A DNA stretch of 64,000 nt from a virus (taxonomy: Duplodnaviria; Caudoviricetes), in the IMG/VR virus record IMGVR_UViG_3300002220_000568, positions 1,660-65,659 of that record; one strand, written 5' to 3'. Position 1 is the first letter of the stretch, and each line of letters starts with the position of its first letter. Made by a program: the position numbers and the translations under genes. The notes beneath the pieces are model-generated. The model saw nothing but the letters and a program-made list of their open reading frames with translations, was not told where the DNA came from and made no database searches. Below, in pieces: positions 26,282-36,383 of this stretch.

Positions 26282-26647
26282 TTAAAATTGAAAATCTATA
26301 TTTCTAGTAGGTATGGAACTTCCGCCCATTTCCCAAATATCCCCGTCTTTTGGAGCAGGCCTATCATATTCTGCTCTCATTTTTTGAAGAGATGAAATTA
26401 GCCGTTGATAATCGACTTGTTGTTTGAGATCTAACCATTGTTTATTTAATAATTCAATCTCGGTATCTTTAAAATTTTTAGATACACCATTTGGTTCTAT
26501 TAAAATCCAATGATTTGAATTAATAATATTCCAAATAGTCTTTTGGGTTATTGAATAAAGGAATAACATCCTAGATTCTTCAGGTTCTAGGTAAAGGACT
26601 TTTAACCGGTTGAATATTTGATTGCCCAAATCTATTAAATCTTTCAT
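26282..26647 (-). CDS. Hypothetical protein
   Basis: 121-aa ORF in operon. Confidence 0.5.
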   Translation of the reverse strand: MKDLIDLGNQIFNRLKVLYLEPEESRMLFLYSITQKTIWNIINSNHWILIEPNGVSKNFKDTEIELLNKQWLDLKQQVDYQRLISSLQKMRAEYDRPAPKDGDIWEMGGSSIPTRNIDFQF

Positions 26648-27254
26648 TATGTTCTGATATTTTTTGTTCTAACCACTCATACTTAACTGGTTTATAGTCA
26701 GTTAAACACGCAGATACTGGATATGCATTTTTTATTGGATATATTTTTTCATGAACATGTCCATATGCATGATAAGTATCATGATATACTCCATTATGCT
26801 CTGCTATTGGATAGTGAAATAGTACGATTTTTCTTAAAAAATCATAACCGTATGGGTAACCAGTTGGACCTTTACATTTTATAAAAATTTCTTTATAGTT
26901 TGTAAATTCAATAATATTTGCTACACTACGTAATTCTTTTTGCCAAGTTTCATCAATGTGGCTATCATGGTTTCCCCATATCCAAACAATTTTACCAGGC
27001 AAATCTTTCATTAACTCTTTAATATATGAAAGTTTAATTCTTGGCATAGATATGTCGCCCAAGAAAAAGACAGTGTCATCTTGATCAACTAATGAAAACC
27101 AATTAGCTACAATAGTTTTATCATGTTCTTCAATTGACGCAAAATTATGATACCCAGTTTCAAATTTTAAAATATTTTCATGACCGAAGTGGATATCACT
27201 AATAAACCAAGTTTTATCGCGATCATATAATAAAGACGGATCAAATTTTCCCAT
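26580..27254 (-). CDS. Calcineurin-like metallophosphoesterase
   Basis: SDIHFGH, LGD, GNHD, HYP, GHVH. Confidence 0.92.
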   Translation of the reverse strand: MGKFDPSLLYDRDKTWFISDIHFGHENILKFETGYHNFASIEEHDKTIVANWFSLVDQDDTVFFLGDISMPRIKLSYIKELMKDLPGKIVWIWGNHDSHIDETWQKELRSVANIIEFTNYKEIFIKCKGPTGYPYGYDFLRKIVLFHYPIAEHNGVYHDTYHAYGHVHEKIYPIKNAYPVSACLTDYKPVKYEWLEQKISEHNERFNRFGQSNIQPVKSPLPRT

Positions 27255-27370
27255 ATTTTAATTATACTGATAGTCGTTAATAAGTTTATTGCTGAAACCT
27301 TCAATATTCATATACTAATTGAGCCAGTTTGTTCTAAATCAGATAAATATTTAAAAATAACCAAATCATA

Positions 27371-28903
27371 ATGTACACAAAATTAACAAAAAATATAAAA
27401 ACCAGCAATACAGTAGGTGAAATTCCTACAAATACAGATTTTTCATTAACTGATGATATTCTGTATAATATTGCAGACGGTTATGTTTACAAATTAGTTC
27501 CAAAAACGGTATTAGCGGTAAAACGTGTATCTAAAGTTTTTACTCAAGATATTGATAATATCACAATAACTGCTAGTTTTGATAAAGATATGTATTATCA
27601 AAATGATAAGGTTCTATTATCGTTTACTGTAGAAAATAGTTTAATAGTTAAAGTGAATGGAGAAGTGTCATCTACTCACGAAGGAATATTGGAAATGATT
27701 TTCGATGTACCTGGTGAATATACCATTACTATATATGCAGAAAATGGAGATTTAGAATTAACAAAAACTTATACAGTAAACATTTTGCCAATCCCAGTTA
27801 ACAAATTAAATACTGTTTCAGCAATCGGTGATCCTGATTTACCTATACAAGGTCGAGCAATTTATATTGATACGACATACATTGGAACAGATTCAGATGG
27901 AACAATTGCAAAACCATATAATACTTGGGCTAGTGTCCCTAAAGTTGAAAAAGCAACTTACCTATTTAAAAGAGACACTGTTATTATAACAGATAGAGGT
28001 CTTGGTGAATTCCTCAATAAAGAAAATGTCCATTTTGGAGCATATGGAAATGGCACGCTTAGACCACATATTAAAGCAATCGCTACTTCAGGCACTGCAT
28101 TTTATATTTTAGCAGTACGACAATATAATAATGCTGACTTAGCTGCACGAACGAGTACTAAGCTTGTAGGTTTACAAATATCTGCCGATACACCAGCTTT
28201 GTGTATTGGAATGAGACTAGGTTCTAATTTACAAATTGATAGTTGTTATATTCATGGAACAACTTGGGGATGGAGAGAAACTGGCGGAAAAGTTGGAGAC
28301 CCTAATCGTATAAAGAATGTGTCAATCAAAAATACCGTAATCGAAAATACATTAGATGATGGTATATACTTACAACACGTTGACGAAATTAATTTGGAAA
28401 ACATTGAAATTTTAAGAAGTAACCAAAATTGGAAACCTGGAGTAGACCAAAGTGTTGCAGCTGGTGATGGTATACAATTAAATGCTGTAACTCGAGTACG
28501 AATTAAAAATATAAAGATTGATAGATCTGATACTGGAAATAAATTCTGTTTAATTATTGCAGGCTTCTTTGCTAGAACAGATGGAAATTATCTCATAATA
28601 GAAGATAATACATTTATATCGCCTAAGAAAACTGATCAGGGTGGGGCTGTCATTTATTTACGAGATTTCCAAGATGATAATCTTGAAGTGGTATTTAATG
28701 GTAATAAATTAATTGGTGAAGGGCCTTATGGTTTAACTGGAGTATGGTATCAAGCATACAAAGGAACTTTTAAATCAGAAAATAACATATATGACAGTTT
28801 AGGTTACGGTATTCAAAATATATCAAATTCTCCATTATGTACTTCAAAGAATGATGTATTTACAAATTGCGGAAGAAATTTGGTCAACGTACAGCTTGTG
28901 TAA
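27371..28903 (+). CDS. Right-handed beta-helix protein (tailspike/depolymerase-like)
   Basis: Parallel beta-helix repeats (IDSCYIHG, IKNVSIKNTVIENTLDDGIY, GDGIQL, DTGNKFCL); late box at 27342. Confidence 0.75.
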   Translation: MYTKLTKNIKTSNTVGEIPTNTDFSLTDDILYNIADGYVYKLVPKTVLAVKRVSKVFTQDIDNITITASFDKDMYYQNDKVLLSFTVENSLIVKVNGEVSSTHEGILEMIFDVPGEYTITIYAENGDLELTKTYTVNILPIPVNKLNTVSAIGDPDLPIQGRAIYIDTTYIGTDSDGTIAKPYNTWASVPKVEKATYLFKRDTVIITDRGLGEFLNKENVHFGAYGNGTLRPHIKAIATSGTAFYILAVRQYNNADLAARTSTKLVGLQISADTPALCIGMRLGSNLQIDSCYIHGTTWGWRETGGKVGDPNRIKNVSIKNTVIENTLDDGIYLQHVDEINLENIEILRSNQNWKPGVDQSVAAGDGIQLNAVTRVRIKNIKIDRSDTGNKFCLIIAGFFARTDGNYLIIEDNTFISPKKTDQGGAVIYLRDFQDDNLEVVFNGNKLIGEGPYGLTGVWYQAYKGTFKSENNIYDSLGYGIQNISNSPLCTSKNDVFTNCGRNLVNVQLV

Positions 28904-28953
28904 AACCTAATGTATATTACATAGTAAAAAAAACAAATTTAAAACAAACGTCT

Positions 28954-29151
28954 ATGTACTATCAGGTAAAAATCAGATTTGAAGTTGATCAAGAAAACGG
29001 CAAAATCAAAAAAGTTAGAGAAAATCATCTAGTTAATGCGAATTCTGTAGGAGAGGCAGAGTCACTCGCTTTGGAAAGATTTGGTCGTGGGATTTCTCCG
29101 TGTTTTATTGAAAGCGTTCAAGAATCCAAAATAATTAGTGTTCTTGAATAA
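28954..29151 (+). CDS. DUF4494-like protein (Bacteroidota family)
   Basis: Start moved to ATG 28954; YQVKIRFEVDQENGKIKKVRENHLVNANSVGEAE. Confidence 0.7.
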   Translation: MYYQVKIRFEVDQENGKIKKVRENHLVNANSVGEAESLALERFGRGISPCFIESVQESKIISVLE

Positions 29152-29169
29152 TTAATAGTTTACAGCAAT

Positions 29170-29195
29170 AAAAAAGCCAGATATCTGGCTTTTTT
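29170..29195. terminator. Bidirectional terminator
   Basis: Perfect 26-bp palindrome aaaaaagccagatatctggctttttt between converging genes. Confidence 0.85.
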
Positions 29196-29215
29196 TGTGT
29201 GAGTTAGTTAATATT

Positions 29216-29443
29216 TTAATTTTTAGTAGAATATGGTGTTTTATCTCCACTTTCAACACGCCGAAGTATTGCCATTTGTCGGTCCGATGCTCGACCTTTT
29301 TGTTTGTTCATTATTGTGTCCAGTACTTCATTTGCATACTTATTATTATACAAAATATTTCGCCAATATTTTTCAGATTTTATTTCATGCGGAAATTTAT
29401 TTTCCATAATTGAAAACTCATCAAAGGTATGTATAATAGTCAT
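29216..29443 (-). CDS. Small protein with capsid-targeting-like leader
   Basis: MTIIHTFDEFSIMEN. Confidence 0.65.
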   Translation of the reverse strand: MTIIHTFDEFSIMENKFPHEIKSEKYWRNILYNNKYANEVLDTIMNKQKGRASDRQMAILRRVESGDKTPYSTKN

Positions 29444-29685
29444 TCACCTGAAATATTTTTCATTTTCGCAAATTTATGCTGCTGATATCGAAAGTAAAAA
29501 GATAGACCAAAGAATGCACCCGCTATACAGTACATAATAAAATTCGCGCTCCATAAGTCGCCAGCTAAAAGAATCAGCCAATATTGCACAACATCGAATC
29601 CAAAAGGATTGAAGAAGAGGCCCGTCATCATTGTCCAATTCGCAAGGTTGGTCAGCCTGTGTATTTTCTTTAAATGTACTGTCAC
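29440..29685 (-). CDS. Small membrane protein
   Basis: GLFFNPFGFD...ANFIMYCIAG; GTG start. Confidence 0.65.
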   Translation of the reverse strand: MTVHLKKIHRLTNLANWTMMTGLFFNPFGFDVVQYWLILLAGDLWSANFIMYCIAGAFFGLSFYFRYQQHKFAKMKNISGE

Positions 29686-29761
29686 TATCCATTGGTGTAT
29701 ATGATTTCATAACAAATTTTCATAAGTTAAGGAGACTTTAACTAGTTCTCATAGTTATTTA

Positions 29762-30010
29762 TTACCAAGCCGGATGCTCGCCAATTTTATCTAATGCACA
29801 GTGAAATCCTTGTAATCTGGTTTTAGCTTCAAGAAAACACCCGCATAGTTTACATTGAATAAAAGTTGGATTAAAGTGTTCACACGTTTTGCATATTGCT
29901 AATCTGCGAGTTTTTTCAGCCTCAGAAACAAATACTTTATCTAAAATTTTACTTAAAAATGATGGATTTAATTTTGGTTTTTCTGAGCCTTCACAACATG
30001 AACTAGCCAT
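29762..30010 (-). CDS. Cys-rich metal-binding protein (DUF6171-like)
   Basis: RLAICKTCEHF...QCKLCGCFLEAK...HC. Confidence 0.7.
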   Translation of the reverse strand: MASSCCEGSEKPKLNPSFLSKILDKVFVSEAEKTRRLAICKTCEHFNPTFIQCKLCGCFLEAKTRLQGFHCALDKIGEHPAW

Positions 30011-30028
30011 ATTTGTTACTTATCATTT

Positions 30029-30412
30029 TTATAATCGATACTTTGTATACGATTTTTCTTCAATTATTGTCGATTCAGTTAAGTTATTTATAGCTCGCTT
30101 AAGTTCAGAACGTTCGTCATTTGTAAAATAAACAGATCTGGCAAAATCTAGAAACTCACCATCAAATTGATGGTGTAATTCTTTGTTTCGAAGGTTATCT
30201 TCGATTTCCCATAGTTTTAAATTCACCCTACACAATTCATCAAAAATCTTGGCAACCTCTTTATTTGATAATAAATTGATTGACAGATTTGCTAAGATTA
30301 CTAATTCAGTATCGATGTTTTTAAGTTTAATGGGATCTACTATTTTAGCTTTTTTTATTTCCAGAATACTCAATTTGTCAAGTAATTCTCCATTTGATAT
30401 TTCAACTTTCAT
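30029..30412 (-). CDS. DUF6165-like protein (glycosyltransferase-associated)
   Basis: VEISNGELLDKLSILEIK...LWEIED...ARSVYFTNDERSELKRAIN. Confidence 0.8.
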   Translation of the reverse strand: MKVEISNGELLDKLSILEIKKAKIVDPIKLKNIDTELVILANLSINLLSNKEVAKIFDELCRVNLKLWEIEDNLRNKELHHQFDGEFLDFARSVYFTNDERSELKRAINNLTESTIIEEKSYTKYRL

Positions 30413-31291
30413 TTATAACCATTTTTTTATAGATTCAAATACTTGATCTGGTGTTATTGATGTATGACATTCAAACTGCTGACTTGTATTTTTATGTAAA
30501 GGACACCAATACCAATCGTCAGTATCAAATGCAAAATCTAAATTTACTTTATTCCAACAACCATGGCAAACATTAGGATTAGAAATTCTAATATAATCAT
30601 CACACGATATATCAAATTCATACCAATCCTCAGTAAAATTTGCGATCATTGCAACTTTTTGTCCAAGAGCATGAGCTAACCAAGTAAGACCAGATGAGAG
30701 CCCTATAAAAAATTCAGCGTGCTCTATATAATTTGCAACTTCCGGTAAAGATAATCCTAATTTCTTCTGTGCTTTATTTGGCACACCATTAAAATATGGG
30801 CTTTCACCAAATAACTCATCACGGTCTATAACAACTGGAGTTAGCCCAACCTTTCGAAACTTTTGACACAATTCATTCCAGTATAGTGTTTCACGTTGAC
30901 TCTTTTTACCAGTTGGGTGATTCCAGTATTTTAATTGTGAAGTAGAATGACAGCTAATAACTACATACTTTCCCTTTATTGGTCTTTCTGTTTTAAAACT
31001 ATCAACTATTGGCCTGATATATGGTGCATCAGTATACCCTAATTGTTCAGCGATACCGGCTTGCAATGGCTTATCAAACTTATGAATAATATTGATTACC
31101 GTTTCGCAATCCGGTATTCCAGAGGTATATTGAATATTCGGAAATGCTTTTTTAAAAAGAGTTTGATGGTATGGATTGCCTAATTTAATAATGACATCAT
31201 GATCAGAATCATTTATAAATTTATTAAAATATGGCATTGCTGCAATACAGTCACCTAATGGATAACCAATGACTATACCTATTTTTGGCAT
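30413..31291 (-). CDS. GT9-like Aah/TibC-type O-heptosyltransferase
   Basis: LGDCIA, HSTSQLKYWN, FFIGLSSGLTWLAHA, C-terminal CHGCWN...WCP...FEC. Confidence 0.85.
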   Translation of the reverse strand: MPKIGIVIGYPLGDCIAAMPYFNKFINDSDHDVIIKLGNPYHQTLFKKAFPNIQYTSGIPDCETVINIIHKFDKPLQAGIAEQLGYTDAPYIRPIVDSFKTERPIKGKYVVISCHSTSQLKYWNHPTGKKSQRETLYWNELCQKFRKVGLTPVVIDRDELFGESPYFNGVPNKAQKKLGLSLPEVANYIEHAEFFIGLSSGLTWLAHALGQKVAMIANFTEDWYEFDISCDDYIRISNPNVCHGCWNKVNLDFAFDTDDWYWCPLHKNTSQQFECHTSITPDQVFESIKKWL

Positions 31292-31930
31292 TTATTGATA
31301 TAGATTATTTTCGTATAAATTAGTAACTTCTCGGATTACTCTAATGACATCTAATGCATCTTGTACTGCATCATGTGTAACTTTATCACTAATACCAATA
31401 CGAGACATACACGTATCCAAATTAGGTAATCTTTCATCATTTAACCAATCTGTAAAAATTACAGTAGGGTCAATAATTCTCTGGTTTACTTGAATAAAAC
31501 TTGACCAACCTGGAAGTTTTTCTAAGAATAATTTATCAAACGTTCCAAAATTTTTGCCAGCAACATTAATTTGAAGTTGCCCAGTTTTAAAGCCAGTATG
31601 CGGCAGAATACCATTTCCTATGAGCCATTCATATAATGCTTTAACTGCAAGGCCTTGACTCATAATACGATGATTTTTTCGTATATTTGATCTATCTTCA
31701 CTAGTTTTTGCAGTTTGTAGAGATGCAAGAATTTGCATTATCCAATTATTCAAATTTAATGCATATGGCTGACCAGTATAAAACGGGTGTTCAATAATAC
31801 ATGAAAATTTTGGAAGATCAATTAATGGTAAAATTTTTACAGTATCTTCAATAACTGCTCCAATCTGTAAAATTTGACAAGACTCTGGATCAAGACCAGT
31901 AGTCTCAATATCAATAGAAACAAATTTCAT
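31292..31930 (-). CDS. DEDDh 3'-5' exonuclease
   Basis: IDIETTG, NFGTFD, HDAVQDA. Confidence 0.9.
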   Translation of the reverse strand: MKFVSIDIETTGLDPESCQILQIGAVIEDTVKILPLIDLPKFSCIIEHPFYTGQPYALNLNNWIMQILASLQTAKTSEDRSNIRKNHRIMSQGLAVKALYEWLIGNGILPHTGFKTGQLQINVAGKNFGTFDKLFLEKLPGWSSFIQVNQRIIDPTVIFTDWLNDERLPNLDTCMSRIGISDKVTHDAVQDALDVIRVIREVTNLYENNLYQ

Positions 31931-31951
31931 ATTAATGATTATTTTTAACTC

Positions 31952-32188
31952 TTATACTATTTGAATTAGTGTTTGGTTTTCAATTGCTTTACGAATCCAT
32001 CTCATTAATTCAAAAGTTCTAAAATCAACACTGAAGTATACATTTTTAAATTCGCTTTCATCTTTTGTATCAAGTTCAAGAGCATAAATTGAATCATTTA
32101 CTGTTATGTAATAAGTAATTACACCATTACAAACATGATGTAATTTACATTTACCCTGAACTACTATTTCCTTTAGTGAGTGTGTCAT
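31952..32188 (-). CDS. Conserved phage hypothetical protein
   Basis: ITYYITV...ELMRWIRKAIEN. Confidence 0.65.
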   Translation of the reverse strand: MTHSLKEIVVQGKCKLHHVCNGVITYYITVNDSIYALELDTKDESEFKNVYFSVDFRTFELMRWIRKAIENQTLIQIV

Positions 32189-32474
32189 TATCTTTTTGTT
32201 CTTTTATTAATTTTACTAGAATATCTCCGTGACAGGCTTTAGGTTTACACCAACACCCTAGAACTTTCCCATCTAATTCATGGAGATTTTCCATAATATG
32301 AGGTTGCGTTCTAGCCCAATCTTCATATTTTGCAACAGCTTCTTCACGAGTTGCAACTTTAAATTTGGCTTGAGTTGGTGAATCTAAATGAGTAAATGGA
32401 TTACCCCATTTGCTGGGCCGACCGATATACACATCATATCGTTCTTTCTTACAATGTACTACGCTAGTTTCCAT
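32151..32474 (-). CDS. DUF4326 protein
   Basis: VYIGRPSKWGNPF...LDGKVLGCWCKPKACHGDIL. Confidence 0.9.
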   Translation of the reverse strand: METSVVHCKKERYDVYIGRPSKWGNPFTHLDSPTQAKFKVATREEAVAKYEDWARTQPHIMENLHELDGKVLGCWCKPKACHGDILVKLIKEQKDNDTLTKGNSSSG

Positions 32475-32766
32475 TTTGTTTAAACCCTAATTTAAGAAGT
32501 AGAAGTTCTTCACTACTTCGTGTAGTTGTTTCCCTTAAATTTACAAATTCTGTTGCTGCATCCATTGCTAACTCAATAGTTTCTTGCAACTTTAGTATAT
32601 CGTTTGGGCACTGATATTTTTTATAAAAATTAGTTACCCCCATATCATTTATAACAATCAAATGCATATCTTTACCGCCAATACATTTTTCCTGTATAGC
32701 ATGTAGTTTAACATTGATATTAAACTGATAAGTTCGGTATTTGAATACTTTGTTAAATTCGTTCAT
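32464..32766 (-). CDS. Hypothetical protein
   Basis: 100-aa ORF in operon. Confidence 0.6.
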   Translation of the reverse strand: MNEFNKVFKYRTYQFNINVKLHAIQEKCIGGKDMHLIVINDMGVTNFYKKYQCPNDILKLQETIELAMDAATEFVNLRETTTRSSEELLLLKLGFKQNGN

Positions 32767-33616
32767 AAACTATACGTAAAAATGGTAAAATGTCTGTTGC
32801 TGTAAAACCTGCTGCTCCTGCATGGCCGCCGCCTCCTCTTCGTAAACAAATATCGGAGCAATCAACTACGCCATTACTGTATAAAGAAAATTTCCAAATT
32901 CCACGATCATAATAAAAACTACAGAACCCAGCATATCCATCTTGGTGAAAATCAATACCAAAATTAATTGGGTTAAATCTATCTCGATTAACTGCAGCAA
33001 ACAGATGACCGTCAAACATCATATCGAATCGCTTTTCGTATATTTGTTTAGCTTCCATTACTAAACTGCTATAAATATAACGACCTTCTTCATACATTTT
33101 AGTAATTGCAGTTTTATCTAAATGCAAAGCCTCTGTAGCAGTTTGCCAACTGTCCCATTTAGCTCTAGCTGCATATTGAAAAAGTAAAACTTCTAATTCT
33201 TCGAATGTTCCCATGTGACCAAAACAATCATATCTGCCTAATAGCCTAACTGCTTCTGGCATATCTTGGCCAACATTTATTGTCTCCCAAGTTAATTCAC
33301 AAGCTGCTTTAGTTGGGTCTATTGCAAATTGAAAAAATGGATTATTTTGAATTTCATATCTCAAGTTTTTATCAAATTCTCTAATCGCAGAAATATGATG
33401 ATCTATCCATAGAACTTTACGGCCTTCATTCAAAAACTTTGTAAAGGTTTCTGTTGAAAATGACACATCTACGATAATAAGATCACCATCTGGTAAATCA
33501 GGAACAGGCTGACCATAATCATATGGTATCATTATACAGTCCATATATTTTTCTTTCACGATAGCGGCACTAGTCCATCCATCAAGATCGATTCCGTGGT
33601 AAATGCAAATTGTCAT
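32753..33616 (-). CDS. DHH/DHHA1 phosphoesterase
   Basis: YHGIDLDG, IDHH, GGGGHAGAAGF. Confidence 0.9.
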   Translation of the reverse strand: MTICIYHGIDLDGWTSAAIVKEKYMDCIMIPYDYGQPVPDLPDGDLIIVDVSFSTETFTKFLNEGRKVLWIDHHISAIREFDKNLRYEIQNNPFFQFAIDPTKAACELTWETINVGQDMPEAVRLLGRYDCFGHMGTFEELEVLLFQYAARAKWDSWQTATEALHLDKTAITKMYEEGRYIYSSLVMEAKQIYEKRFDMMFDGHLFAAVNRDRFNPINFGIDFHQDGYAGFCSFYYDRGIWKFSLYSNGVVDCSDICLRRGGGGHAGAAGFTATDILPFLRIVYERI

Positions 33617-34062
33617 TGCTGTCTTAGTTTTTTTCGTAATTTAACTAATCGTGAAATGAATTCACGCTTAGTGAGAACTGTTTCATTTTCATTAGATCTA
33701 CCAATTTCATGAGTTAATGTTGCATCACCTGAAGCCAATAGTGCTCCCCTAAATGATGGACTTCTAAACAGAGCATCGTATGCTCGGTCTAATAACTCTT
33801 GATACTCAGGCGATGATCTTTTATAACTAACGCCATTCCAATATAGAGTTTGATCAGTTTGCCACCTTTTTTTCTTACCTTTAAATTTAGCAGCTTTCCC
33901 TACTAATTTGCAAACTGCTTGTTGCATTGGGACACTTGAAAATTTAAAACTTTGAAGAAGACCTTCCATTGAATTGCATTCCACCCCATCAAATACGAAA
34001 GGGTGTGGTGCAAAATTACTTAAGGCATTTGATGGGTATGCTTTACCTGAACCTATATCCAT
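33613..34062 (-). CDS. NADAR-family protein, T4 gp30.3-like
   Basis: PSNALSNFAPHPFVFDGV...EGLLQSFK...TLYWNG...FRGALLAS...LTKREFI parallels T4 gp30.3. Confidence 0.85.
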   Translation of the reverse strand: MDIGSGKAYPSNALSNFAPHPFVFDGVECNSMEGLLQSFKFSSVPMQQAVCKLVGKAAKFKGKKKRWQTDQTLYWNGVSYKRSSPEYQELLDRAYDALFRSPSFRGALLASGDATLTHEIGRSNENETVLTKREFISRLVKLRKKLRQQ

Positions 34063-34075
34063 TAGTTTGTTGTCA

Positions 34076-34498
34076 TTAAAAGGGTAAATCGTCGTCTACA
34101 TCATTAGACTTGACATGTTCAATATCTTCTTGTGGAATTTTTCTACCACCCTTTTTTGCTTTACCTGGAAATAAATCAGGATCGTCGAAAATATCTGACC
34201 CATCATCTTCTGGTTCAACACTAGCTCTTTTTTCTCCAAATACTCGCCAAGCTTCAAGTGCGTTATAATACTTTCCATTAAACTCGCGGCCTTTAATATC
34301 AAACGATACCTTTACTGTATCGCCCAATGTGAAAGAATCGATCATATCACATTTTTCTTGAACAAGTTGAAAAATTATTTTTTGTGGGTATTTACCCGAG
34401 TCAGTTTCAATTACGAATTCTCTTTTTTTGAATCCTTTATTGAAAGTAGCAGTTGGCATAATTTCAGCCAATGTCCCAGTTAATTCAAATGCGCTCAT
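34076..34498 (-). CDS. DUF3127 OB-fold protein (SSB-like)
   Basis: FKKREFVIET..KYPQKIIFQLVQEKC...FDIKGREFNGKYYNALEAW; C-terminal DDDLPF. Confidence 0.9.
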   Translation of the reverse strand: MSAFELTGTLAEIMPTATFNKGFKKREFVIETDSGKYPQKIIFQLVQEKCDMIDSFTLGDTVKVSFDIKGREFNGKYYNALEAWRVFGEKRASVEPEDDGSDIFDDPDLFPGKAKKGGRKIPQEDIEHVKSNDVDDDLPF

Positions 34499-34509
34499 AT
34501 TATGTTGTG

Positions 34510-34995
34510 TTAAAAATTTGGGTTATTTACTCGAATGTCGTAATCTGTAAAACCATTAAAATCAAGGTCATCAGATTTGAGTCTACGGTCTAATGTATCA
34601 CCTGGCATTATTCTCAAAGTAAGACGCTCTCTTATAATGGCTGATGGAATATCAATAAAAATAATAAAACATTTGGCCCTATCTTCTGGTTTAATTTTTG
34701 ATATACCAGCTGGCGTCATAATGAAAATATCATCCTCATTGAACTGTTGTTTAGTAGTTCCGTATAACCAACCATTAAATCGAACATACTCATAGAACTC
34801 GTCATTTTCTATCATCCGAGTTGCATCTTCTTCAGATATGAATATGTAATCTTTTCCATTTATTTCATGTGGTCTAGGAGGCCGAGTTGTCATACTGATA
34901 GATGGTGTAAATCCACGATCTATAAATTTAGCTCTCAGATAATCTTTACCCGAAGCAGCTCGACCTACTAAAATAATGCGTTTATGTTCACTCAT
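34510..34995 (-). CDS. gmk: Guanylate kinase
   Basis: GRAASGKD P-loop; TTRPPRPHEINGKDYIF. Confidence 0.9.
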   Translation of the reverse strand: MSEHKRIILVGRAASGKDYLRAKFIDRGFTPSISMTTRPPRPHEINGKDYIFISEEDATRMIENDEFYEYVRFNGWLYGTTKQQFNEDDIFIMTPAGISKIKPEDRAKCFIIFIDIPSAIIRERLTLRIMPGDTLDRRLKSDDLDFNGFTDYDIRVNNPNF

Positions 34996-35009
34996 ATAAT
35001 TTTGGTTAT

Positions 35010-36302
35010 TTAGTCTTCTCTGTCATCTTCATAAATATGCTTAATGACTGGGAATCTTAACGAATTTTTTCCATGTTGATCTTGAGTTTCTTCAAAATAC
35101 TGAACGGTAATTGTTTTACCTAGAATTTCATTAGGGTTTTTATAAAATAACCGTCTTTGCTCAAGAGAAAATCCTGAACCTACACTAACTGGATCGCCTT
35201 TATGTAGAATTTGGACATTCTTTAACATTTCTTCTTCTATTTCTTCGCCATTTTCAATTATTCGCATCATGCCGATCTCATATCCAATGACTTCATATTC
35301 AGCATCTTCCATTTGTTTTACTTTAAGAAGATTTGCTGATCTTTTACCTTCATACTCAACGTCTTTACGTAGCATGATACCTTCATATCCAGCTTCTTCT
35401 GCATCTTTAACCAATTGATCAAAATGTTCTTGGCTTTCGACTTGTATTTGTTCAAGAACTTTTGCATTATTTAATTGGTACATCCCAAATAATGCGTTTA
35501 ACATAATTTGCCGTGCAACAAAGGTTGTTGTTCCAGATTCATTAATGAATTCATCAAGTTCAAGAAAATCAAATACTTGATACATTGGATTTTTAATAGT
35601 ATGATCTTTTATTCTGGCTTCTTTAAGAATGCCTTGAAAATCTTCCAACCCATTTTCTTTCATTATGCAAATTTCGCCGTCTAGCACTTTATTCTTAAGA
35701 TTGAGTTTCTTAAGATCTTCTGCTAACACAGATAATGTGAAAAATTCTTTACCTTTTCTTGAAAAGAATCGAACATCACCAGCTACATCAAATATTGCTA
35801 AACACCGTAATCCATCAAGTTTACGACTTGCCCACCAAAGTTTTGTTTCAAATACGACCTTCTTTATGTGGTCACGAAACTTTTGAGCTAACGCTACTTC
35901 AAAACTTGGAACTGTTTTTGGAAAAACTTTATTAATTAATGATCCGGTTGCTCGTGTTTTAATATTACGGTCTATAACATCATAGAGGATCTCAGAAAAT
36001 TCTGAATATTTGTCAATTAAACCATTTACTGCTGCTATTGCAGTGTGACCAGTGATGCGGCGTGTGCTCAAATCATCAAGAAGAATAAACAGATCATCAT
36101 ACTCATTTGAGTTTAGCTCTGGGTGCTTTCTTAAATTATCAGAGGTAACATAATATTGGTTAAACGGTGTATACACATACGTAAACAGTTTCAAAAGAAA
36201 CGGTGATTCGTATTTTTTAAGAATTTCTTTCTTTGCATTTGTTGAAGAAGTAGATTTCATCTCATTGATGAATGCTTCTAATTGAAGTAAGTCATTTTTC
36301 AT
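35010..36302 (-). CDS. ATP-dependent DNA ligase (T4 gp30-like)
   Basis: KLDGLR, LDGEI, VFD, EGIMLR, LLKVK, VGSGFS, LRFP. Confidence 0.95.
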   Translation of the reverse strand: MKNDLLQLEAFINEMKSTSSTNAKKEILKKYESPFLLKLFTYVYTPFNQYYVTSDNLRKHPELNSNEYDDLFILLDDLSTRRITGHTAIAAVNGLIDKYSEFSEILYDVIDRNIKTRATGSLINKVFPKTVPSFEVALAQKFRDHIKKVVFETKLWWASRKLDGLRCLAIFDVAGDVRFFSRKGKEFFTLSVLAEDLKKLNLKNKVLDGEICIMKENGLEDFQGILKEARIKDHTIKNPMYQVFDFLELDEFINESGTTTFVARQIMLNALFGMYQLNNAKVLEQIQVESQEHFDQLVKDAEEAGYEGIMLRKDVEYEGKRSANLLKVKQMEDAEYEVIGYEIGMMRIIENGEEIEEEMLKNVQILHKGDPVSVGSGFSLEQRRLFYKNPNEILGKTITVQYFEETQDQHGKNSLRFPVIKHIYEDDRED

Positions 36303-36341
36303 AATATTATTATACTATATTATTGACAATTGGACATAAAA

Positions 36342-36364
36342 AAACTGCACCAATGGTGCAGTTT
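36342..36364 (-). terminator. Intrinsic terminator
   Basis: aaactgcacc-aat-ggtgcagttt with A-tract on its left. Confidence 0.7.
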
Positions 36365-36383
36365 ACATAATATTTCAAATATT

